A DNA stretch of 21,785 nt from Candidatus Heimdallarchaeota archaeon (GTDB taxonomy: Archaea > Asgardarchaeota > Wukongarchaeia > Wukongarchaeales > JBHIFL01), in assembly GCA_046761065.1 (NCBI GenBank), contig JBHIFL010000069.1:1-21785 (forward strand), read 5' to 3'. The first letter of the stretch is position 1, and every line of letters begins with the position of its first letter. This document shows, piece by piece, positions 1-8,967 of the stretch. The translations under genes and the position numbers were made by a program. A model generated the notes under the pieces. It searched no databases and was not told the DNA's origin. It saw only the letters and a list, made by a program, of their open reading frames with translations.

Positions 1-810
1 GCACTTAACCGTATGGCTCAATTGAGCCCTGATGAACGGCGACAGGGAGTTATTACAGCATCTTCAGGTAATCATGGGCAAGCTGTGGCTTTTGCCGCAG
101 AAGAGCTCCAGCTTGCGGCGAAGATCATTGTTCCTACAAATGTATCGAAGGTAAAACTCGATAAAATTAAGAAGTATGATGTTGAATTGATTCAATACGG
201 GGATTACGACGATGTAGAGCAAAAAGCGATAGAAATAGCATCAAAGCAAGGGTTAACGTATATTAGCCCATATAATGACGAACTGATTATCGCCGGTCAA
301 GGCACGCTTGGATTAGAGATTCTTGAAGGTCTTGACACTGTTGATACGATTATTGCCTCGATTGGAGGCGGTGGATTAATTGCAGGGGTTGCTCTTGCTG
401 TCAAAAGCATTAATCCAAATATCCAAGTTTTTGGGGTGCAGTCAAAGGTCGCACCAACCATGTATGAGTCCTATAAAGCAGGGAAAATTGTAATCGTGGA
501 AGAAGAGAACTCAATCGCGGATGGATTAAGGGGAGGCCTTGAAAAAGGTGCTATAACGTTCGAATTAATTCAAAACCATGTGAACGAGCTATTTTTGGTG
601 AAGGAGGAGACCATAAAAAGAGCTATTTATCTTCTCTGGGAGAAAGAGCATCAAATAGTTGAAGGAGCAGGGGCTATTTCCATAGCGCCCATCCTAGAAC
701 AGAAAGAGCGCTTCAGGGGAAAAACCGTAGTATCGGTAATAAGTGGGGGAAATATCGAAGATACCTTGTTTCAGGAGATTTTACGGGAGGTTGGGGAGCG
801 GAAGTTTTAA
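1..810 (+). CDS. PLP-dependent threonine/serine dehydratase (no ACT domain), 5'-truncated by the window edge
   Basis: The frame is open from base 1 (ALNRMAQ...). Motifs ASSGNHGQAVA, IIAGQGT, IGGGGLIAG, VEGAGA and SGGN are present. The catalytic SFKxRG Lys motif would lie just upstream of the window. Confidence 0.9.
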   Translation, partial: ALNRMAQLSPDERRQGVITASSGNHGQAVAFAAEELQLAAKIIVPTNVSKVKLDKIKKYDVELIQYGDYDDVEQKAIEIASKQGLTYISPYNDELIIAGQGTLGLEILEGLDTVDTIIASIGGGGLIAGVALAVKSINPNIQVFGVQSKVAPTMYESYKAGKIVIVEEENSIADGLRGGLEKGAITFELIQNHVNELFLVKEETIKRAIYLLWEKEHQIVEGAGAISIAPILEQKERFRGKTVVSVISGGNIEDTLFQEILREVGERKF

Positions 811-918
811 CTCAACTTCATCCTTAGTAAGGATTCTTCATATGGGCTAGGTTGGTTCCTGTTCAGTTTGCTGTTGAGTGTTTTTTGGGCATCAACTTTT
901 CAACTTTGATCCCTGACT

Positions 919-1392
919 TTAGGAGGTTTGAAACAATCGCCACTTTTCTATTGCGCGACCGTCAGGTAAAAATTTCGGGTCTCCTACCATTTCTGCCTTC
1001 ATATTGTATTGTTTCAGAACCGCAAACATCAAAGCTGTAGAAATATGCGCAGGAACCCGCCCTTCTTTGATTAGCCGTTTTGCCCCCGTTAAAATTATTG
1101 GGTTGCACATCACATATTCTAACTCATCTTTTGCAACTTCTCGGACTTCAATCTCTTCGATATATCCCACCTTTTTCAACCAATCTGCTACTTTTCTAAG
1201 TGCTTCAAACGGACTCTTCGCTGTTGCAGCTCCTATTTTCTCCTTTATTTCATTGAATACTATTTCACCACTTTTCCAAACGATCTTCCACGCGTCGTCG
1301 CCAAGCAAATCATAAGCGGCGTAATAAATTGCGTATATTTCTACATCAAAAAAGTCTGGGTCAACACAGATTTTTCCTTTGTTGTTTGTCAA
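919..1392 (-). CDS. Hypothetical ~157-aa protein, possibly V4R/H-NOX-like small-ligand-binding fold
   Basis: The ORF track gives 919..1461. A TTG at 1392 preceded by GGTGA is the more likely start. The helical N-half (LLGDDAWKIVWKSGE) followed by beta strands with CNP resembles V4R-like proteins, but the fold call is weak. Confidence 0.6.
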   Translation of the reverse strand: MTNNKGKICVDPDFFDVEIYAIYYAAYDLLGDDAWKIVWKSGEIVFNEIKEKIGAATAKSPFEALRKVADWLKKVGYIEEIEVREVAKDELEYVMCNPIILTGAKRLIKEGRVPAHISTALMFAVLKQYNMKAEMVGDPKFLPDGRAIEKWRLFQTS

Positions 1393-1521
1393 TTTGCGTT
1401 CACCTTTCTGATTTTTAAACTGCAAATTGTCCCTTCTTAATGTGCTTGTTCCTTCTCTCATGAGTATTTAAAAGTCAAGCCATCTCATTGATACTCTGAC
1501 AAAGTTAAAAGAGGATAAAGT

Positions 1522-1965
1522 ATGAGTAAAGAACCATATTCAATGGGTTTGATTAAAGGAAATCCGTTCTGTGGTAAAAAAGAGATCCTAGGGGATATTG
1601 TGGCGATTCTAGATCTCATTATCGAAAAGAGGGGGATGCAACTGATTGCTCCTATGTCTAGAGCAATCCTTAAGCACACGATTTGCGAGCTTGCTCTCAC
1701 GGATGAAGAAACGGCCGGACCTGGCCATTTTGTAAATCATGTGGGATATCTCGGTTTGTTCGAGGTCAAAACGGGAGGAGTAGCTGTGGTGGGGGACACT
1801 ATCCGCATTCGGAAAAAGCTGATCGGGAGGCTTGTTGGGTTTGACACGACGCACGCTCCCAACCATCTGAACCTGATTGTAAAGAGTGAAGAAGTGATAA
1901 CCGGGGCGCAAATGAAACTTCAGATCGGGGATCCGGTTACCATTACGATGACCTCTGAAATATAA
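1522..1965 (+). CDS. DUF6917-like hypothetical protein
   Basis: Motifs ELALTDE..GPG, VGYLGLFEV..GGV..VGD and GFDTTHAPNHLNL match my recollection of this family. Transcribed divergently from the 919..1392 gene. Confidence 0.65.
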   Translation: MSKEPYSMGLIKGNPFCGKKEILGDIVAILDLIIEKRGMQLIAPMSRAILKHTICELALTDEETAGPGHFVNHVGYLGLFEVKTGGVAVVGDTIRIRKKLIGRLVGFDTTHAPNHLNLIVKSEEVITGAQMKLQIGDPVTITMTSEI

Positions 1966-2209
1966 TCCACAATTATCTGATCATATGGCCCATTATCCTA
2001 AATCTCTTGAACTTGGAAATCTTAATTGAGCTTGAATTCCCCATCACCAATTGGAAAGTTACCTCCGCAAGCTTAAGTACTTGTACTCTATTATGAAACT
2101 CACTAATGATTAAATTAGTCCCTTTGAGACCCGATATAGGACTCATTCACCCAAATAGAAATTGAAGTTATACTGAGCCATCATTGGTTAGGTTTGTTGA
2201 AATACAAGC

Positions 2210-2232
2210 GAAAAAAGGAGGGGTGAAAAGGT
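2210..2232 (-). terminator. Oligo-T archaeal-type terminator after the PGF-CTERM gene
   Basis: The minus strand reads CTTTTCACCCCTCCTTTTTT just after the stop at 2239. Confidence 0.45.
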
Positions 2233-2238
2233 AGATTT

Positions 2239-3045
2239 TCAGCGATTATAGCGTCTTCGCAGCCAAAGAAGGAAGGGAATTGCGGCAAGCACTGGAATAA
2301 CGTCAAATCCAGGAATTGGTGAGGGTTTGGTGGACTCCGGAGATGAAGTTATGGACTCTTCATAGGAGGTAGTTGTTGTTTCCTGAGGAATTGAGGTAAT
2401 AGTCGTCATGGGGGTTGGACCGGGCATAACTTTGATTGGCGCCGAATATGAGGCTTTGAATCGCCAAGTAAACTCATAGAAGTCGGGTGTCCAGTCATAA
2501 TAGATATTCGTTTCTTTGGCCATTGTGAAAGCCACAACTGTTGCATAACTGACCCCGCTGAACTCTGGAAAAAAGAAAGTTACTTGATTCTCGTTCACAA
2601 CAAAATGAGAAGCAGTAGCAGCAGACCAACCATGGGAAGTCCACCCTTCTCCAACATCCCAGTAGTCTGGGCCTACATCGTTATCTACTACGACCCAAAA
2701 GGCCTCCCTATCATTTGGTCCTTGATAGACAAGCAAAATCGCCGCCTCAAAGTCAGTGGGATCTCCATCATCGCTAAACAGTACAACGTAGCGGCGGTTT
2801 ACCCCGCTATCTAGTGGGGAGATTATTCCTTCAACCTCTATGGTGATTGAAGAGCCTTGCACGTTGACCTGAGTGATATCAATACTGTCAAAGAAGTCTC
2901 CTTTTGTTCCCATCTGCTGAGCCCAGACGTCATTTATTGGATCACTTAGGTGCGATGCTCTCGTAGATGTCGTATTAGCTGTGAGAAAGAACAATAAAAT
3001 GAGCCCTGCAAAGAGTAAGGCATTTTTTGATTTGAACTTGCACAT
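2239..3045 (-). CDS. Secreted cell-surface protein with PGF-CTERM-like (archaeosortase-type) sorting signal
   Basis: N-terminal signal peptide (KFKSKNALLFAGLILLFFLTA), acidic beta-rich domain, T/S/P-rich stalk, then PIPGF + hydrophobic helix + RRRYNR. Confidence 0.85.
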   Translation of the reverse strand: MCKFKSKNALLFAGLILLFFLTANTTSTRASHLSDPINDVWAQQMGTKGDFFDSIDITQVNVQGSSITIEVEGIISPLDSGVNRRYVVLFSDDGDPTDFEAAILLVYQGPNDREAFWVVVDNDVGPDYWDVGEGWTSHGWSAATASHFVVNENQVTFFFPEFSGVSYATVVAFTMAKETNIYYDWTPDFYEFTWRFKASYSAPIKVMPGPTPMTTITSIPQETTTTSYEESITSSPESTKPSPIPGFDVIPVLAAIPFLLWLRRRYNR

Positions 3046-3075
3046 TGCATTCCGACTCGTAGGAATTTTCAGGGT

Positions 3076-3705
3076 TCATTCTATTTGTAGGAACATATCA
3101 TAAGCTTGTATGTCCTCTGGCACGTAGATCCATGTTATTTTGCTATATGTAAAGCTGACTTCTTCCATGGGTATGGCTTCGGTGATTTCTGTTCCTGTGT
3201 CGTCCATCCACATATATGCTGGCGTAGCATACGCTTGTATGGAAACAATAATGGCATCCTCAAGAATGATAGTGAAATAGGGTTCTTCTGCTCCATAAGG
3301 ATCGATCCGGTACCACTTAATTTCTGCTTTTACCAAATGTTCTCCCTGAGTACAAGCCTGATAAAGCAGGGGAGAAGCTTTGTCAATAGTTTTCACCACC
3401 GTTATTGGTTGATGCACCCTCTTTCCGAAAGTACTCGGTTCGATAGTTTCACTGGGTCTGGGAATGTAGATATTGTGGCTAAATTGCAGTAATTCGATTT
3501 CACCCTCATGACCTGCTTTCATGCACCCGCCATCGATTCCTTCGATTTTCAGAAATGCAGCCATTGGATTGGGGGGAGGGGCTGCAGATTGGTTAGACTC
3601 TGCTGTTTTGGCGAATCCTCGGATCCCAAGAAAGATTAAACTGATAGCTATACCTATAACCAAAACAGCACCAATAAGCTGTTGTTTCCGGATGTTTACA
3701 CCCAT
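3076..3705 (-). CDS. hcp: Hcp/TssD family (type VI secretion tube-like) protein with N-terminal signal/TM helix
   Basis: Hcp hallmarks: AFLKIEGIDG, GHEGEIELLQFSH, GKRVHQPITVVKTIDKASPLLYQACTQGE, AEIKWYR, YFTIILEDAIIVSI, PMEEVSFTYSKITW. ATG at 3705 follows GGAGGT. The Hcp domain starts at about 3564. Confidence 0.9.
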   Translation of the reverse strand: MGVNIRKQQLIGAVLVIGIAISLIFLGIRGFAKTAESNQSAAPPPNPMAAFLKIEGIDGGCMKAGHEGEIELLQFSHNIYIPRPSETIEPSTFGKRVHQPITVVKTIDKASPLLYQACTQGEHLVKAEIKWYRIDPYGAEEPYFTIILEDAIIVSIQAYATPAYMWMDDTGTEITEAIPMEEVSFTYSKITWIYVPEDIQAYDMFLQIE

Positions 3706-4341
3706 TTTTACGTTTACCTCCAAGCTGTTTTACAAATTATCTTTATTTTGCATCACAAGTGATTATTAAATGCTATGAATTGAATTAAGAGGGGGAGCAT
3801 TCGCGACTCGGCCATCAGCCTAAGCGTACAACAAGCCGTGGCACGACATCCTTTGAATTTTACCACACGGCTAAGAAAATACAGACACAGGCATTATAAC
3901 ATATTTTGGGGCGATTAGAATGGGGATGAAAGAGGAAGCAGCGGAAATTAAAAAACTGGGCAATATCAGAGGTTTTCATCGTTTATATCATTGACTGAGA
4001 CCTTCGTACCCTACCCACCAAGAACAGAAGACCTTGGATGCTTCAAGGAAGATAGAAATGGAAAAACTGAAGTAAAATCCGTTTTCACTATACTTTAGCA
4101 AGCATTTAAAAATATCAAAAATAAAACACTCGTGAGATTCCATAAGTTGAAGATCTCTATGATGGGTGGCATCCCTATTTTGACTTCTTGAGCTTTGATG
4201 GCGGGAGGAGTTGGATCTGTATTAAGCCTTCAATTATTATATTCAGCAGGAATAGAAGTTATCTTTTCATTAGTTACTTCTTTTGTCTTAAACCCACTTT
4301 TGAAAGTTTAATAATCCTAGGGTATCCGGAGCAATTAGATT

Positions 4342-4934
4342 TTAATCAACCGTTAAGTCAGGGGTTAATTCCTTTTTTAATTTCTGTATAAATTGATCCA
4401 TGGACTTGAAAAGTGTCTGTCCCATCTGCCGAGCTAATTTCGTGTAAAATTTATCTTTAACGCGATCCTTTAAACCCTGGATCATTTCCGGTACTGTTTT
4501 TGGATCTCCATGGTATTTTCCAGCTTGAAAATCTCGAAGAACCGCTCTTATAATTCCAACAGCCCCAATGAAATCTAGCATATCTGCATCTCTAAGAATA
4601 AACCCTTCGAGAGTAGTTGGCTCTGGCCCCCATAGCGACTGTGACCTCTGATCGCTTCTGTTATAGCTTCAATGTTACCTGTGGGTTCTCCAATCGATTG
4701 GAGAAATTCATGGGCCATTTCTGCTCCTACTTCCGCATGAATTACTCGCCCTCGAGACACCGCTATGTCATGTAGGATTGCGGAAGCCCGGAGAACTTCT
4801 AGGTTGGCACCTTCTTTGGCTCCTATGATTTCACACCATCGAAGAACACGTTGTACATGATCAAGTCCTGATACCGGATCTGACCCCATCTGGTTTTTAC
4901 AGAATTCGAGCATGATCTTATAGGTCTCTTCCAT
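4342..4934 (-). pseudogene. HD-domain phosphohydrolase split by a single-base frameshift (pseudogene or assembly error)
   Basis: The 5' ORF has DHVQRV and ILHDIA. Adding one G to the G5 run (4627-4631) gives HSRYGGPEPTTLEGFILRDADMLDFIGAVG. This restores the DADxLD motif and joins the 4342..4581 ORF. Confidence 0.85.
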
Positions 4935-4992
4935 TTGGCTCGCCTATGGCGTAAGTTTGTTATTAATGTGTGAAAAGACTTGTCGCCCTCTT

Positions 4993-6039
4993 CTATCTAA
5001 GAATCTTTTGATAAATTCTAAGTAAATTCCCACCAAGAATTTTTTTAACAGCTTCATCTTCATACCCACGAGCGACGAGAGCTCGAGTAAAATTGGTGAG
5101 CTGAGTTACGGTTTGTAGTTCGTTTACGTACTCATGCGACCCGTAGTCAATCCCATGCTCTTTAAGGCGATTATCTTCCTCTATCATTTTATCCATGATA
5201 TAATCGATAAAATCTGGTCCAAGAGCAATGTGATCGATCCCTACTAAATCGACAATATGATCGATGTGATTCAGAAGGGTTTCAAGCGTCGGAGGATCAC
5301 CCACTAAAGAGCGATGGAAACATATTCCCATCACACCACCACGATCTGCTAGGGCTTCGATTTGCGCATCACTCAAATTTCGTGGAAAATCACAAACTGC
5401 ACGAGTATTAGAATGGGACGCAACAGGTGGGGACTTTATGATTTCTATTGCGTCCCAGAAACTTCGTTCACTTACATGCGAGACGTCTAATATCATATTT
5501 AGACGGTTCATTTCTTCGACTAGATGCCGCCCAAAATTACTCAAACCACCAGCATGCTCTTCTCCGCAACCGTCAGCCACGAGATTTCTTTGATTCCACG
5601 TAAGCCCTACTTGTCTCAAACCCAGTTGATAGTACGTTCGAAGAAGAAAGAGATTTTCTCGAATGGGTCTTGTGCCTTCTAATTGGAGAAGAAGTCCAAT
5701 TTTCCCAGCATTTTTTGCGTGAATGATATCATCGTATGTCTTAATCAAATGAAATTTCTCACTTTCCTGCAATTCTTGATGCAAATCATCCATCACTTTT
5801 AGTACTTTCAAGGGAGTGTTGAGGATATCTAAATATGAATCGCACCAAACCGCAAGCACTTCAACATCGACCCCGCCTTGGACCAAGTTTGGTAAATGGC
5901 GATTTTTTAAGACGGCTGTTTCTCCACGGGCCCGACAGCGATCAACTTCGATTGGAAAGTCGGAATGCCCGTCTATCACGGTAGCTTGTTTATGTAGCGC
6001 ACCAGCTCTCGCTTCTTGTTCGGGAGTGAGGGTTGTCAT
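4993..6039 (-). CDS. Membrane dipeptidase family (peptidase M19), soluble
   Basis: Motifs IDGHSD, LEG, GLTWNQRN, GGLSNFG, DVSH, ASHSN, RNLSD and GIDHIALGPDF. ATG at 6039 follows GAGGTG. Confidence 0.92.
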   Translation of the reverse strand: MTTLTPEQEARAGALHKQATVIDGHSDFPIEVDRCRARGETAVLKNRHLPNLVQGGVDVEVLAVWCDSYLDILNTPLKVLKVMDDLHQELQESEKFHLIKTYDDIIHAKNAGKIGLLLQLEGTRPIRENLFLLRTYYQLGLRQVGLTWNQRNLVADGCGEEHAGGLSNFGRHLVEEMNRLNMILDVSHVSERSFWDAIEIIKSPPVASHSNTRAVCDFPRNLSDAQIEALADRGGVMGICFHRSLVGDPPTLETLLNHIDHIVDLVGIDHIALGPDFIDYIMDKMIEEDNRLKEHGIDYGSHEYVNELQTVTQLTNFTRALVARGYEDEAVKKILGGNLLRIYQKILR

Positions 6040-6364
6040 TTCAATCACCTCTAATTTGTTCGAATTAGAAAGGAAAAGCACTTAGAATTAATTACGTTCA
6101 CATTACAGAGTCTACGGAACTTATATTTCGTTTAATTTTGAAGGAGTATATTAGATTTTCAAATGAATAATCAGTTATTTGACCACAGAGAGATTACAAG
6201 CCTTTTTATATCTCTATAATCTCACACTAATTGTAAATAATTGATCACTTCAAATCTACATGTCCTAGATGGGAGGTTTATATTGCGACCTATATTGTTA
6301 TTCATACATAAGGAAGGGGAAAGGAAATCGAGTTTGAAAACACATTGATTGGAGTGGTTCAACA

Positions 6365-8608
6365 ATGTCCCCAGCTTCTTCATTTGAAAATTCCCAGCAA
6401 AGCCAAGAGGAAATTCTGGATGTGTTACTGAATGACCAATCCTTAGTATCAATTGGAATCCTTCAAGATGGAGTTATCAAGTATGTAAACCCAACTGTTA
6501 TTGAGCTCACAGGCTATTCATGCGAAGCGATGATGAGTTGGCAGCCTGATGGATTTGCAAAACTCGTTCACCCAGAGGATCGAGCTTTTGTCATGGAACA
6601 AGCGCGCAAGAAGCAAATGGGAAAGGAAGATGTTGTGACTCATTATTCCTATCGAATCTTAACCAAAGCCAAGGAAATTAAATGGATAGACCAATACTCC
6701 AAAACAATAGTGTATCAAGGAAGACCCGCGGATTTTATAGTCGTTATTGACATCACCGAGCAGAAAATGGCGGAAATGGCGCTGCAGGAGAGTGAAGAGA
6801 ACTACCGTACGCTGTTCCAGGAGTCTAGAGATGCGATCTATTTTACAACCCGAGGAGGCCGGTTTATTGATGCCAACCCAGCAGTTATGGAGCTCTTTGG
6901 CTATTCCCGCAAAGAATTGTTCCTGAAGAATGCCCAGAGTCTTTATGTACACCCTGAGGATCGTACCCGATTTCAACAGGAAATCGAGCAACAAGATTCA
7001 GTGAGAGATTTTGAAGTGAAGCTCCGGAAGAAAGATGGAACCGTGATGGACTGCCTGCTCACTTCGACGGTGCGGCGGACCAAGAATGGGAATATTATAG
7101 GATACCAGGGAATCATTCGAGACATTACTGACCAGAAGCGTAACGAAGAAGCGCTGCGAGAAAGTGAAGAGCAATTTCGGGTGGTTTCCGAATCGGCGTT
7201 GGTCGGGCTTGTTATTATCCAAGAGAACCACCTCAAATACGCAAATGACACAACAGCTCGAATGGCTGGATATACCCGTGAAGAGATGTTGAATTGGACA
7301 ATAAAAGAGTTTATGAAAAGAGTATATGTGGATGACCAGCCATTTGTGCTGGATCAACTTCAAAAGAAACAAACGGGCATTAAATCGGGAATCATTCCAC
7401 ACTATACAATACGTATTGTGACAAAAACAGGTGAGTTGAGATGGGTAGAGATATTTTCAAAAACCATTTTTTATCAAGGAAAACCAGCAGATCTTATCAC
7501 TATCATTGATATAACCGAACAGAAACGAGCAGAAGAGGCACTGCGGGAGTCCGAAACGAAGTATTCGACTCTAGTTGAACAAGCCAAAGATGGAGTCCTT
7601 ATTGTTCTAGATGGGGAGTGTAAGTTCGCTAACCGAGCGCTGGCGGAGATATTAGGTTATTCAATTGATGAAATTATTGGGACATCCTTCTTAAATTTGG
7701 TATCACCAGAATCTAGGGAGCTAGTCATCCAAAGATATAAAGAACGTATGGCGGGTGTAACCACCCCTCCGTTCGATGAATTCAAACTTTTATGCAAAGA
7801 TGGGTCTACAAAGGATGTAGAAGTCTCTGTTGGAATCATCCGATATCAAGGGAGATCTGCCATTCATGGAATTGTGCGAGATATTACTGAACGTAAACGG
7901 ATAATAGAGGCCCAGCGTGTCCTAGAAGATAAACGCGCTACTTTTATTGAAATAATCTCTCATGAGTTGAGAACACCTTTAACCGCCATTCGCGGGTATA
8001 CAGAACTCTTCCAACAGCGAGGGAGTGAACTTGACCAAGCAAGCCGAGAGTTATGTTTTGAAGCCATTAATCGAAATGTTCAGCGTCTAGAACGACTGGT
8101 TAAAGGGGTTAGCACACTTAAACAACTCGAACGGGGTATCTTCCGGTTAGAGTTGCAGGAAGTGAACTTCTGTGATTTTCTCACTAAGGCTATAAAACCC
8201 TTTCAAGCACGTTTGGGGGAAGAGTTGGAATTTCATAGCTGTCCCAATAAAAGCCCTGTGATTGTTGAGATAGATCCAGATCGCCTCCTGCAAGTTCTAG
8301 ATAATCTCCTGGAAAATGCAGTCAAGCAGACGCCCCAGAACAAACGGAAAATCATTGTATCTACCAAGACCAATCCGAAGACTGTACAAGTTCAAGTAAT
8401 TGATAATGGTGTGGGAATAAACCCAGACGATCTTGTACGTATTTTCGACCCATTTGTATTTATACCAACGATATACTCGGCTTCTGGAACTGGCATTGGT
8501 CTTTATCTCTCACGAATGATTGCAAATGCACATAGCGGATCCTTAATTGCACATAGTGATGGGAAAGGGCAAGGATCAATCTTTACATTAGAATTACCAA
8601 GAAAATAG
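6365..8608 (+). CDS. Cytoplasmic sensor histidine kinase with four PAS domains (HisKA + HATPase_c)
   Basis: Four PAS/PAC units each end in DITE/DITD. H-box ISHELRTPLTAIRG, N-box NLLENAVK, G1 DNGVGI, G2 GTGIGL. No TM helices seen. Confidence 0.93.
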   Translation: MSPASSFENSQQSQEEILDVLLNDQSLVSIGILQDGVIKYVNPTVIELTGYSCEAMMSWQPDGFAKLVHPEDRAFVMEQARKKQMGKEDVVTHYSYRILTKAKEIKWIDQYSKTIVYQGRPADFIVVIDITEQKMAEMALQESEENYRTLFQESRDAIYFTTRGGRFIDANPAVMELFGYSRKELFLKNAQSLYVHPEDRTRFQQEIEQQDSVRDFEVKLRKKDGTVMDCLLTSTVRRTKNGNIIGYQGIIRDITDQKRNEEALRESEEQFRVVSESALVGLVIIQENHLKYANDTTARMAGYTREEMLNWTIKEFMKRVYVDDQPFVLDQLQKKQTGIKSGIIPHYTIRIVTKTGELRWVEIFSKTIFYQGKPADLITIIDITEQKRAEEALRESETKYSTLVEQAKDGVLIVLDGECKFANRALAEILGYSIDEIIGTSFLNLVSPESRELVIQRYKERMAGVTTPPFDEFKLLCKDGSTKDVEVSVGIIRYQGRSAIHGIVRDITERKRIIEAQRVLEDKRATFIEIISHELRTPLTAIRGYTELFQQRGSELDQASRELCFEAINRNVQRLERLVKGVSTLKQLERGIFRLELQEVNFCDFLTKAIKPFQARLGEELEFHSCPNKSPVIVEIDPDRLLQVLDNLLENAVKQTPQNKRKIIVSTKTNPKTVQVQVIDNGVGINPDDLVRIFDPFVFIPTIYSASGTGIGLYLSRMIANAHSGSLIAHSDGKGQGSIFTLELPRK

Positions 8609-8967
8609 GAAATATAACATGTTAATATTGCAATATAAACCCTTAGGATGTTTAACTGTCCTGAAGAATAGTGAGTCATTCCTATTGGAAAGGGGTTTAG
8701 CTCCTAATCAAAATTCAAAATGGATTGAACTTATTACCATGAAAGACAGCTGAGTCGTTATGCAGTCAAAAATGAAAATAAAGAGGGAAGATCACGCAAC
8801 ATTTCTGTTTTATTCATAATCGTGAGTTAAATTAACAATCGTAATGTGTTCAAAATCATAATAAAGATATAGATTCCAATAAAAGAGCATATTGTGACTG
8901 TTTCGTTTAACTATAATAGGTGTACAATCTCATTAAAGGATACCATTCAGAACAAGGCGGTAAAAGC

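Noticed and set aside
3076-3723. Complete T6SS, eCIS or prophage tail locus
   Set aside because: No sheath, spike, baseplate, capsid or integrase gene is recognisable in the window.
4132-4311. Hydrophobic + strand frame with an internal TGA (possible membrane-protein remnant)
   Set aside because: No recognisable family motif, and T-rich DNA readily yields hydrophobic translations.
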